From Macrostomum lignano (taxonomy: Eukaryota): DNA of 40,689 nt. Positions 23,126 to 34,262 of this stretch are shown piece by piece (within the stretch, counting starts at the first letter, position 1; each line of letters starts with the position of its first letter). The position numbers and the translations under genes were made by a program. The stretch spans positions 1 through 40,689 of the forward strand of contig NIVC01004607.1 of NCBI GenBank assembly GCA_002269645.1. Direction: 5' to 3'. The notes under the pieces were generated by a model, which saw only the letters and a list, made by a program, of their open reading frames with translations, made no database searches and had not been told where the DNA came from.

Positions 23126-24145
23126 AAAAGGCATGCTCAGTGCCGAGACACCAGCTAAAACTTATGCAGTCATTGTTAACACCCTGAGGCTCTTTTGCGT
23201 GAGCATCGCTCTATGGCGGCAGTCAAAGGCGCGGTCAGTAGAGAATCAAGACTGGACCCCTTGACAACCGAGACACCCCGCAGTCAGGTGACGCTAATCG
23301 AGTCCCAGCAGGGCGCCACTTTCACTTTGGTTGCTGTCGAGTCAATTAGCTCAGTCTCCGGGGCAGAGGATTTGCTTTGTCAATTGTTTTCTTGTTTAAA
23401 AAATTCTCATTCCAGCTTCTCTCCTAGAAGAGCGGCGAAAGCAGAAGAAGGCACTCGAGTTGCACAACCGCAGGGGGGGGGGGAGGTTATTTAAATATCA
23501 GCTTTGATTTTTTGCCTTGATCGGATTTTTTTAGAAATATCTGCTATGGAAATCCCTGCCAGACATTGGTCAGATACAGCAGACCGACGCCGCCAACCCC
23601 CAGCAGGTTAATGATGAGGGGCCACCGCCGCCCTCACCCCCCCCCCCCGGAAACAACTGACAAGGCAAACACGAAAAAAGTCTCTTTAAACTCCAAGCAA
23701 CAGACAATCCAGGGAGTTATTAGTGTTCCAGCAGCTCCCATTGGAATCATTGTTTGTATAAAAATATGGGGAGCCGCTCCCGGTGTGTGACAGCCAGCAG
23801 CTGGTGGTTGCAGGGGCCGGCTAAAGGAGCTTCTTTCGCAGACAGGCGGTTGGCCACTTGAGCCACCGGCCGTTGCTGCACCCTGGCTGAGGATTCTGGG
23901 AATCTGGAAAGTTTATTTAAGCTACCCAATAAACTGACCCGTCAGGGCCTCAATAGCAAAGCATTCGCTGGCCTGTTTACACGGCAGATGCTGGCGGGGA
24001 CCAGCTTGATGGGCCAATGGAGATGTTTGTGGAAAAAAGATATGTAGCTAGGAAAAGTATGTTATGATTGTTATGATACGCCAGATGAAGCATCCAGCCT
24101 GCGCCCTCAGCCTCCGGGCCTGCCCAGCTTGCTTTTAACTACCTT

Positions 24146-24372
24146 TTATCTGCCAGTCTACCCGTGTATCTACCGTCTATCTGCCAGTCTACCCGCGTAT
24201 CTACCGTCTATCTGCCAGTCTACCCGTGTATCAACCGTCTATCTGCCAGTCTACCCGTGTATCTACCGTCTATCTGCCAGTCTTCCCGTGTATCTAAAGT
24301 CTATCTGCCAGTCTACCCGTTTATCAACCGTCTATCTGCCAGTCTACCCGTGTATCTAAAGTCTATCTGCCA
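24146..24372. repeat. 31-bp minisatellite TATCTGCCAGTCTACCCGTGTATCTACCGTC, ~7 copies
   Basis: Visible directly; 31-aa periodicity in the ORF track. Confidence 0.95.
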
Positions 24373-25445
24373 GACTCTCAAAGAAGTCCACACTGTCAAT
24401 CAGACATTATTTCAGTAACCCAATTTAAGATAAGGTTAAAGAGTTTTCAGGGTTCTGGCAATTAGGATTTCACTCTAAAGTACGAGCTCGTAAATAAATA
24501 TCAAAATAAATATTTCAGAGTTCATAAATTAACTTCATCACAGCGGAGGCTGGGTCCAGTGCTACAGAAATATTTTCACACCCTGATACTGCCGCAGAAT
24601 ATTGTTAAGGAATTCGTTAGACTGGTTTTAAACATGAAAAAAAGAAAATATTTTCACTAAAATTTGCATTCCTGGAATATTTGATAATTGCCAACATTTT
24701 TTCTGTTAAAATATTTATACATAAATATGTATTCGTATGATATCTGAGCAATGTTTCTAATTTTGTCTATGGTCAAAACACCGTCTATGACGCAGACAGA
24801 GAGCATTGAATTCAAGGCACAGAGCAGTCAAATTCAACTGCTCTCCCCATAAACGGTTTTGGCCATAGACAATCGTCTTCAATGTTGAATATGGTTGGCC
24901 GCGTAATTGAAGTATAGGGCATGAGCTCATAGCTGGCGAATTTACTGCAGACACATGACCGGCTGCAACTGACTGACTGGCTGGCTTGAATTGCGCAGAT
25001 CAAAATTAATTCTCGCACTGCATGGGAAACGGAACGGGGGGAATGCGGATCCGGGAGCCGCACCGGAGGGGGAGGGCAGTTGGCACAAATAGGCGACACC
25101 TGACGTAAACAGTTGCACCGGGGGGCAGGGGGCAATCAAGAGACGCGTAGAACCGCGACTGATGGTGGCTGCTCCACCGCATTTCTCGGATCTCCGTCCA
25201 TCTGTAGCCTGTCTGCCTGCCTGCCTGTCTGCCTGTCTGCCAGTGTGTCTGTCCAGTCCAGCGCATGTCCTGATCATAAATTAAATGATGAATTGAGCTT
25301 TGCCGAATGAATGTCCACTCGCTTTCAGACTGGCATTGTGCCACTTCAGCCGCTGCAACTGTGCGTGTAGCGGACTGATGACAGAACGCCTGGTCCACTG
25401 GGTCGGCAGGTTTAAACAGGTTAATAGAGGCAATTTGTGCCTCTG

Positions 25446-26079
25446 TTATTGCTGCTCCTTCTGACCAAGAGGTTTCTGGGTTTTCTTAAAGATGATTTCT
25501 GTGAGGCGTAAGGCGTAAGGCGCAATTACAAGCATATATGGCACTCCCTTACCGGATGATGGCACTCCCTTACCGGATGATGGCACTCCCTTACCGGATG
25601 ATAGCACTCCCTTACCGGATGATGGCACTCCCTTACCGGATGATGGCACTCCCTTACCGGATGATGGCACTCCCTTACCGGATGATGGCACTCCCTTACC
25701 GGATGATGGCACTCCCTTACCGGATGATGGCACTCCCTTACCGGGTGATGGCACTCCCTTACCGGATGATGGCACTCCCTTACCGGATGATGGCACTCCC
25801 TTACCGGATGATGGCACTCCCTTACCGGATGAGTTCGTAGAAAATGATTGCCGCAAAGAACGGGTATTTTGTATCCAGGTAACCTTTTTAACGAAACACA
25901 TTTGTATCTGTTTAAGCTTTATTCAAAAAATGTAAATTAATTTTTTTGCAAACATTTACCCTGCGCAAAGAGTTCAATAAATAAATAGCCATATGCAGAT
26001 TCTGCAGGAGCAGAAGGCAAGCAGAAGTGTTCTGGCTTGTCTTCAAGAGCGCCACTTGTGAGGCCAGCCGACTTTTCAT
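25446..26079 (-). CDS. Candidate small unannotated gene (3 exons 26079-25960, 25907-25826, 25498-25446; 84 aa in the only stop-free model)
   Basis: X-box 54-67 bp upstream of ATG 26079. Donors G|GTAAAT (25959) and CCG|GTAAGG (25825); acceptors AAACAG (25908) and CCTCACAG (25499); phases match. Additional strong acceptor CTCCTGCAG at 26002. No homology recognised and the coding frame is uncertain. Confidence 0.35.
25538..25831. repeat. 21-bp minisatellite ATGGCACTCCCTTACCGGATG, 14 copies (minus-strand unit carries CCG|GTAAGG)
   Basis: Visible directly. Confidence 0.97.
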
Positions 26080-26132
26080 TCGGCTGCAACCGAAATTATT
26101 GAAATTTGCTGACTTTTGCCTTTCGGCTTCTG

Positions 26133-26146
26133 GTTGCCAAGGAGAC
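26133..26146. promoter_or_regulatory. RFX-type X-box
   Basis: GTTGCC-AA-GGAGAC fits GTHNYY-NN-RRNRAC; it lies between two divergent candidate genes. Confidence 0.5.
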
Positions 26147-26519
26147 GGGGAAGTGAAGCCGGCTGAAAAACGCCTTTTCAGAGAGAAAAGTTCGCCGCCA
26201 TCCATCGAATATTTTTAATTGATTGGCCAATTTTATTACTGCCTTAAAATAGCTGGCATAATTACAGTCGGGATTAATTAAATATTTGGCTACATTGATT
26301 TGGGCTGGTGCAGCCAAGGAGCTCTGAATAAGAGCGTCTGGAAAGAGAAACTGTGGTGCTTGCCGAGGCCTGTTTATGGATGCTGAAATATCACCATTGC
26401 TTCTGGAATGGTGGATGGGATTATGGATGAAATCATGAGTAGCATCAAGTGTGGGATCATGGATGCTCATTGATTGGATTGTAAGATGGATCATGGATGG
26501 GATCAAGGATGAGATTATG

Positions 26520-26775
26520 GATACTATCAAGGATAGGATAGGATCAAGGATGGGATCAAGGATGGGATCAAGGATGGGATCAAGGATGGGATCAAGGATG
26601 GGATCAAGGATGGGATCAAGGATGAGATCAAAGATGGGATCATGGATGGGATCATGGATGGGATCAAGGATGGATCAAGGATGAGATCATGGATGGGATC
26701 AAGGATGGGATCAAAGATGGGATCGTGGATGAGATCAAGGATGGAATCAAGGATGGGATCAAGGATGGGATCATA
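26520..26775. repeat. 12-bp minisatellite GATGGGATCAAG, with degenerate lead-in from ~26411
   Basis: Visible directly. Confidence 0.95.
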
Positions 26776-27371
26776 GACGAGGTCTTGGCAAATAGTTCCC
26801 ATTCCAGGTACCAGATCCCATTCCCTGGTGCCGCCATTCAGACTGTCCATCATCTCAGCTTCCTGAACGCAAACTCTATGAAAATTCTTTGCCATGCATG
26901 GAGAAAGTTTTCAAAGTCAAAGATTTCCCAATCAGTTTTGGGAGGCCTTCGTGAAGACAGAGAAAGGTGGTGGAACACGACATTGGCATGCCATTGTGAT
27001 GGGGATATCTGCACGCGGAGATGGGGAGACAGATCCAATAGTTTAGTTTATCGTTTTAGCAGACACAGCGGCGCCACGGGGCACCTGCCGCTACCTGAAA
27101 AAACGAAGATTGCAAGCTTAATTTATCCCAGATTTTTCATGCCAAGAATTGTTTACTCACCCTAAACTGCAAGCATAACCGCCCTAAATTATCCATCATT
27201 TAGCTGGGCATGGGGGAATCGATGAAGAAAAGCTGACTTTATCTGAGTTAGAAGTGGACAAAGCCCCCCCCCCGATTAGCGGATTAGCGCCGACAAGATT
27301 ATCTTGTTTGAACAAAGATTGATTGAAGGAAGACTATGATTGCAGGGATATTCTGTGACAGGAAAATGGGT

Positions 27372-28078
27372 TTTGAGCGGGTATCTTCATGGGTTTTGAG
27401 CGGGTATCTTCATGGGTTCAAAGCGGGTATCTTCATGGGTTCAAAGCGAGTATCTTCATCGGTTCAGAGCGGATATCTTCATAGGTACAGGATGGGTATC
27501 TTCATGGGTACAAGATGGGTATCTTCATAGGTACAAGATGGGTATCTTCATGGGTACAAGATGGGTATCTTCATGGTTTCAGAGCGAGTATCTTCATGGG
27601 TTCAGAGCGGGTATCTTCATAGGTACAAGATGGGTATCTTCATAGGTACAAGATTGGTATCTTCATAGGTACAAGATGGGTATCTTCATAGGTACAAGAT
27701 GGGTATCTTCATAGGTACAAGATGGGTATCTTCATAGGTACAAGATGGGAATCTTCATGGGTACAAGATGGGTATCTTCATAGGTACAAGATGGGTATCT
27801 TCATGGGTACAAGATGGGTATCTTCATAGGTACAAGATGGGTATCTTCATAGGTACAAGATGGGTATCTTCATAGGTACAAGATGGGTATCTTCATAGGT
27901 ACAAGATGGGTATCTTCATAGGTACAAGATGGGTATCTTCATAGGTACAAGATGGGTATCTTCATAGGTACAAGATGGGTATCTTCATAGGTACAAGATG
28001 GGTATCTTCATAGGTACAAGATGGGTATCTTCATAGGTACAAGATGGGTATCTTCATAGATACAAGATGGGTATCTTC
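27372..28078. repeat. 23-bp minisatellite ATGGGTATCTTCATAGGTACAAG, ~31 copies
   Basis: Visible directly; 5' units diverged, 3' units homogeneous. Confidence 0.95.
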
Positions 28079-28614
28079 ACTCATTCATCTTCATTCGCGC
28101 AATCGGAGGGGACCATCACGGACACCGAGTTTTCATCAATGGAATCGGGTTGATTGAATTCCCGGAAAAGCCTGGGAGGAGGGTGGGTTGGTTGCACCCT
28201 CTGAGCCAATGGGGCTGGGAGAGCCGTGGCCAGTCAGGCGGGCCTCCCCGCCGCCCCGTGGAAGCATCGGGAGTTTTCCCTCGAAACCGCCCGCCCCCGT
28301 CCCAGATCCCCGATTGTTTACCCATCGGCTGGGCCTGACTGGTTGGATTCGAGTCCCTCTAAAACAAATCCTACAGACTCCCGAGCTCGCCCGCCCGCCT
28401 CTGTGCAAGGCTTATAAAGACTTAAGAGCGATTGAATACAATCCACTCACTCGACTCGATAACCTGTCAAATCTTTGCGACCTTTGAAAAGTCAATCAAG
28501 CGGATTATACCAGCTGTGTCAGTTCCTGGAGGATTTCCTCTTGAGAAAGTGAAGTGCCTCCGGCCGTCCCTGCGCAAATCCCGCTTATAGGCGCACTCGA
28601 AGCCCGTGTCTGCG

Positions 28615-31600
28615 ATGCTGACCGAGCACTACCATAGGGCCGCCGCCGCAGCTGCTGCCGCCGCCGCCTTCTGCCAGCCATACTATTTCAAGTCAGAGCC
28701 GGCAGATCTGCAGCAGCAGCAGCAGCAGCAGCAACAGGAGCAACAACAGCAGCAGCAGCAGCAGCAGGAGTTCTACACAGCGGTTGCTGGTCATCAGAAC
28801 CCGCCTGTGGAACCGCAGACACAGCTGCCGCATCAGCCGCATCAGCAGCCGCCGCCGCAGACGCCGCATGGCGCCATGGTGTGGAACTGCTGGAGGCAGC
28901 AGGCGGCCTCGTCGGATCATCTGCAGCCAGGCGAGCTGCCGGATTTTGCCGGAGGTGAGCGGCGACCTGGGAATTCAACTGCTCCTGTGACTCAACTCCA
29001 GTTTCTTGAGATTGTAAAACCGCAAGAGAGAGTGACTGAGGCAAGGTGTGAGACAGCAAGAGTGACTGAGGCAAGGTGTGAGACAGCAAGAGTGACTGAG
29101 GCAAGGTGTGAGACAGCAAGAGTGACTGAGGCAAGGTGTGAGACAGCAAGAGAGAGTGACTGAGGCAAGGTGTGAGACAGCAAGAGAGAGTGACTGAGGC
29201 AAGGTGTGAGACAGCAAGAGAGAGTGACTGAGGCAAGGTGTGAGACAGCAAGAGAGAGTGACTGAGGCAAGGTGTGAGACAGCAAGAGTGACTGAGGCGA
29301 GGTGTGAGACAGCAAGAGAGAGTGACTGAGGCAAGGTGTGAGACAGCAAGAGAGAGTGACTGAGGCAAGGTGTGAGACAGAAAGAGAGAGTGACTGAGGC
29401 AAGGTGTGAGACAGCAAGAGAGAGTGACTGAGGCAAGGTGTGAGACAGCAAGAGAGAGTGACTGAGGCAAGGTGTGAGACAGCAAGAGAGAGTGACTGAG
29501 GCAAGGTGTGAGACAGAAAGAGAGAGTGACTGAGGCAAGGTGTGAGACAGAAAGAGAGAGTGACTGAGGCAAGGTGTGAGACAGAAAGAGAGAGTGACTG
29601 AGGCAAGGTGTGAGACAGCAAGAGAGAGTGACTGAGGCAAGGTGTGAGACAGAAAGAGAGAGTGACTGAGGCAAGGTGTGAGACAGCAAGAGAGAGTGAC
29701 TGAGGCAAGGTGTGAGACAGCAAGAGAGAGTGACTGAGGCAAGGTGTGAGACAGAAAGAGAGAGTGACTGAGGCAAGGTGTGAGACAGAAAGAGAGAGTG
29801 ACTGAGGCAAGGTGTGAGACAGAAAGAGAGAGTGACTGAGGCAAGGTGTGAGACAGAAAGAGAGAGTGACTGAGGCAAGGTGTGAGACAGCAAGAGAGAG
29901 TGACTGAGGCAAGGTGTGAGACAGCAAGAGAGAGTGACTGAGGCAAGGTGTGAGACAGAAAGAGAGAGTGACTGAGGCAAGGTGTGAGACAGAAAGAGAG
30001 AGTGACTGAGGCAAGGTGTGAGACAGAAAGAGAGAGTGACTGAGGCAAGGTGTGAGACAGAAAGAGAGAGTGACTGAGGCAAGGTGTGAGACAGAAAGAG
30101 AGAGTGACTGAGGCAAGGTGTGAGACAGAAAGAGAGAGTGACTGAGGCAAGGTGTGAGACAGCAAGAGAGAGTGACTGAGGCAAGGTGTGAGACAGCAAG
30201 AGAGAGTGACTGAGGCAAGGTGTGAGACAGAAAGAGAGAGTGACTGAGGCAAGGTGTGAGACAGAAAGAGAGAGTGACTGAGGCAAGGTGTGAGACAGAA
30301 AGAGAGAGTGACTGAGGCAAGGTGTGAGACAGCAAGAGAGAGTGACTGAGGCAAGGTGTGAGACAGAAAGAGAGAGTGACTGAGGCAAGGTGTGAGACAG
30401 CAGAGGAGACTGATCTCCAAGACTCCAGTTCCCTAAAACCGCTCTCCAGCAGGGCAGCCCCATCCAACTTCGGTTGCTGAGGCAACCGATGGAGACGAGG
30501 CGGACCGGGAGTCTGGCACGGCCTCCTCATCACCGCCGTGCGCCCTGCGCAGCCAGCGGTCGAAACGGAAGCCGAGAATTTTGTTCTCGCAGGCTCAGGT
30601 GTTCGAGTTGGAGCGGCGCTTTCGGCAGCAGCGCTACCTGAGCGCGCCGGAGCGGGAGCAGCTGGCTGGACTGCTCAAAATGACACCGCAGCAGGTGAGC
30701 AAATGTTTTTATGGATTGATTTGCAGCAGTTTCCAACGGGTTCCAACAGTTTCCAATACTATTTTCCAACAGTTTCCAAAAGTTTCCAACAGTCTCCAAC
30801 AGTTTCCAATACTATTTTCCAAAAGTTTCCAACAGTCTCCAACAGTTTCCAATACTATTTTCCAACAGTTTCCAACAGTTTCCAGCAGTTTCCAACAGTT
30901 TCCAATAGTTTCCAACAGTTTCCAACAGTTTTTAACAGTTTCCAACAGTTTCCAACAGTTTCCAATACTATTTTCCAACAGTTTCCAACAGTTTCCAGCA
31001 GTTTCCAACAGTTTCCAACAGTTTCCAACAGTTTCCAACAGTTTCCAACAGTTTCCAACAGTTTCCAGCAGTTTCCAACAGTTTCCAACAGTTTTTAACA
31101 GTTTCCAACAGTTTCCAATAGTTTCCAACAGTTTCCAACAGTTTCCAACAGTTTCCAACAGTTTCCAACAGTTTCCAACAGTTTCCAACAGTTTCCAACA
31201 GTTTCCAACAGTTTCCAACAGTTTCCAATAGTTTCCAACGGTTTCTGAACTGTCTGTTTTCCTCAATTTACCTCAAACTCTATTAGAATAAGAACAATTA
31301 ATTTTACGAACATATCTAACCTTGAAATTTGCGGAGAAATTCCGTTGAGAGAAGGCTCCTTCAGTCTCCTAACCTCCCACTCTCGTCTCTTGCACGCCCC
31401 CCCCCCATCGATGACTCCGCAGTGATAAGCACAGAAGGCAAACAGGCTCTACAGCTCTTTTACATTTAGTATTCCAATTGAATTCGGTCGCGCATGCGAG
31501 GAGCTGAGGAGAGGAGCAGGGGACCGTGAATGAATGAGGCAAACAGTGAAACCGCGCCTCTCTGACTCTGACAGGTCTGCACAGTTCAATGCGCTTATAA

Positions 31601-33253
31601 CGGGACAAAAAACAACTGCCACCGCCCATACGGATCCAATGAAATGCAGATCTGAGCTGATAAGGGCGCACACCCGGGATCTTTTGCGATCTTGTATTTA
31701 TAGTACGATTTGACCTGTTGATAAATTGGTTGGCTCAGGCCAGACTTATAACACAATTGCTTGACAAGGTCAGCAAAGTTCGGCTTCCTATAGTCTTTGT
31801 TGTGGTCTCTCTCTCTACTCTTTATTATTACATTACACTGCTATTATTGTTGCTTGAGTGAGACTCAGTGGTTCCGCGATGCCACAGGCAGATAGGTGTG
31901 CAGTCAAAGCGAGGCTCTCCCAGCATATTTCCTGTAATCATTTATTCACAAAAGCGCATGGCTGGCAGTCTCGGGTAGCTATTTAGCCCCGCGGTTGTCT
32001 AAATATTTATCATATTTAATGCTTGTCAAAAGGTTGGCCTCTTCCCATGGGGTGTAACTTTCCTGGGAAATCAATATTTATGACTCTATATATTAGAATT
32101 ATTTATTTGAAAGGCAAGCTTCCCAAAACCGGAGTATTTCTGCTAAAGAAAAGTTACAACCAGCTGCAAAACTATTAATGAATCAATCATAATTTTGCAC
32201 AAAACCGATTTCATTGAGGCCATCAGTGACCCGGAAGTCAGGTGGTGGGTCCCTCAGACCAGACTATGTCTTGAAACGTCCTCCGTCATTTCGCGAAGCC
32301 TCGTGTTGCGCCTCTTCGCAAGCATTGTGCGCCTGTGCGCAGCTTCTCCCTCGCAGCGGGAGTGAAACCAGAGAGATCAGCAGCTACCGCCCAATGCAGC
32401 CGGTTGCGTAAGCCGATCCGGGATCGATGTCTGCATGGGAAGAATCGAGCTTCCACACCGGAACACCCACCCAGACTTGCCCAGCCCCAGGCACCACCTT
32501 TGGCGGGGCGCTCTTACGCCTCCTCCTCCTTCTTAATTATCCAGGCCGATAGAGAGAGCCACTTGAGGATTTTATTTGCTCACCGCCCTTCCCAGATCGT
32601 TTAATACGATCCCCTCCGGTTCGGTGGGGTGGGCGGTGCCGTTTAAGGTTTCAAGCCTGCCCTCTCGAAGTCATTATCTTTTTGTCGCCGTTTGCCAAGA
32701 AAAGAGCAAATATTTGACAAGAACTGGCTCTGCGAAGGATTGAAAAATATTCTATTAATATTTGATTTAACCGTTTGCGAAGATTGGGACTAATCTATCG
32801 ATCAATCAATCATGCCGTCCGGCCACCCCCGCAGGTGAAAATCTGGTTCCAGAACCGGCGCTACAAGGTCAAGCGCCAGCAGGCGGACAAGTCCGTAGAA
32901 CTGCAGCAGCAGCTGCCGCCGCAGCCGCCGCTGCAGCCGCCTACGCCGGCAGGTGCCGTCTGATGGGTGGCGACTCAGCGGACGGAGGCAGCGCTGGCTG
33001 CGGAGCTGAGTACTCCAGTCCCGAGCTGCAGCAGCCGCAGCCGCATCAGCTGTACCACCAGCCCCAGCAGCCGCCGCTGCAGCAGCAGCAACACCTTCCC
33101 TACAACACCGGGCACGCCCACCTGCAGTACCCGGTCTCCGCTGCCGCCATGCCGCATGACTTCTCCGCCACCTACTCAGCATTTTCCGGGCACTATCAGC
33201 ATCATCAGGTGCCGCCGCAGCCGCAGCATCATCACCTGTACGCCTGGCAGTGA
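28615..33253 (+). CDS. NK2-class homeobox transcription factor, closest to NK4/tinman/NKX2-5 type
   Basis: Exons 28615-28954, 30450(or 30453)-30694 and 32835 onward, phases matching. Homeodomain [44 protein letters not shown]|[14 protein letters not shown] with the diagnostic Y54, followed by QQADKSVEL (cf. QRQDQTLEL). The homeodomain frame stops at 32963; the Q/H/Y-rich tail ending YAWQ (cf. GIRAW) lies in another frame up to 33253. Confidence 0.9.
28704..28765 (+). repeat. CAG/CAA microsatellite encoding a polyQ tract in homeobox exon 1
   Basis: [20 protein letters not shown], visible directly; preceded by a poly-Ala tract. Confidence 0.9.
29023..30400. repeat. 34-bp minisatellite AGAGAGAGTGACTGAGGCAAGGTGTGAGACAG(C/A)A with 30/32-bp (GA)n variants, ~41 copies, homeobox intron 1
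   Basis: Visible directly; 34-aa periodicity in the minus-strand ORFs. Confidence 0.97.
30722..31246. repeat. 10-bp minisatellite TTTCCAACAG, ~50 copies, homeobox intron 2
   Basis: Visible directly. Confidence 0.95.
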
Positions 33254-33774
33254 CATGTGAACTTCTGCGCACCAAGAATCGAGGCATGATTCTTTCAATT
33301 TGTTCAATTGTTGTGTCTGATTTACACTGTGCCCATCGCCCGCTACTTTATTATTTAATAGATGGCAGCTCCAGCTCCACAAGCTCTGCTTCAAAATTCT
33401 ATCTGCCTGTCATTTGTCAAATTGCTTCTTTTGTTCGTTAAATATAAACTAAACAACTCACAAGTGTTTGACTGCTGCACTCAAATCAATCGTCAAAGAG
33501 GTCCCCAACTCAAATAATTGGCTTTCTTATATTTGCTTTTAAATTGAATTTTGACTTTCTGAAATTATTTCTAATAGTTTGACAGATGAAAAATTATTAT
33601 CGGAAAATTCTGAAAACAGAAACTGATTCAATGCTTTCTGAATCTCATCTTTCCAATTCTTTAATTTGCGTTGGTTCAGGTTCAGTCGAGAGAACTAGTG
33701 AGATTTTTTGATCTCTGTCGGTTGGAGTGCTGTCAATGTCATTTCGCTATTGCAGTTTTTGCAGTGACCCTTCC

Positions 33775-34262
33775 CTTCTCCCCTCCTCTCTCCTCTTTCC
33801 CTCTCTCTTCTCTCCTTCTTCCCCTATCCCCTCTCTCCCCTCTCTCCCCTCTCTCCCTCTCTCCTCTTTTACCTCTCTCATCTCTCCCTTCTTCCCCTCT
33901 CCTCTCTCTTCCCTCTCTCCCTCTCTCCTCTCTCTCCTCTCTCCCCTCTCCCCTCTCCTCTCTCCCCTCTCCCCTCTCCCCTCTCCCCTCTCCCTCTCCC
34001 TCTATCCGCTCTCTTCCCCCTATACCCTCTCTCCCTCCCCCTCTCTCCCCTCTCTCCCCTCTCTCCCCTCTCTCCTCTCTCTCCCTCTCTCCCCTCTCTC
34101 CCCTCTCTCCTCTCTATCCCCTCTCCTCCCTCTCTCCCTCTCTCCCCTCTCTCCCCTCTCTCCCCTCTCTTCTCGCCCTTATTTCCCCTCTCCCTCTCTC
34201 TCCACTCTCTCCGCTCTCTCCCCGCTCTCCCTTCTCTCTCCTCTATCTTCTCTTTCCTCTCT
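33775..34262. repeat. Polypyrimidine (CT/CCT-rich) low-complexity tract
   Basis: Visible directly; almost purely C/T on the + strand. Confidence 0.95.

Noticed and set aside
28688-30533. 481-591-aa Leu/Ser/Cys-rich minus-strand ORFs
   Set aside because: They are translations of the 34-bp array, antisense to the homeobox intron.
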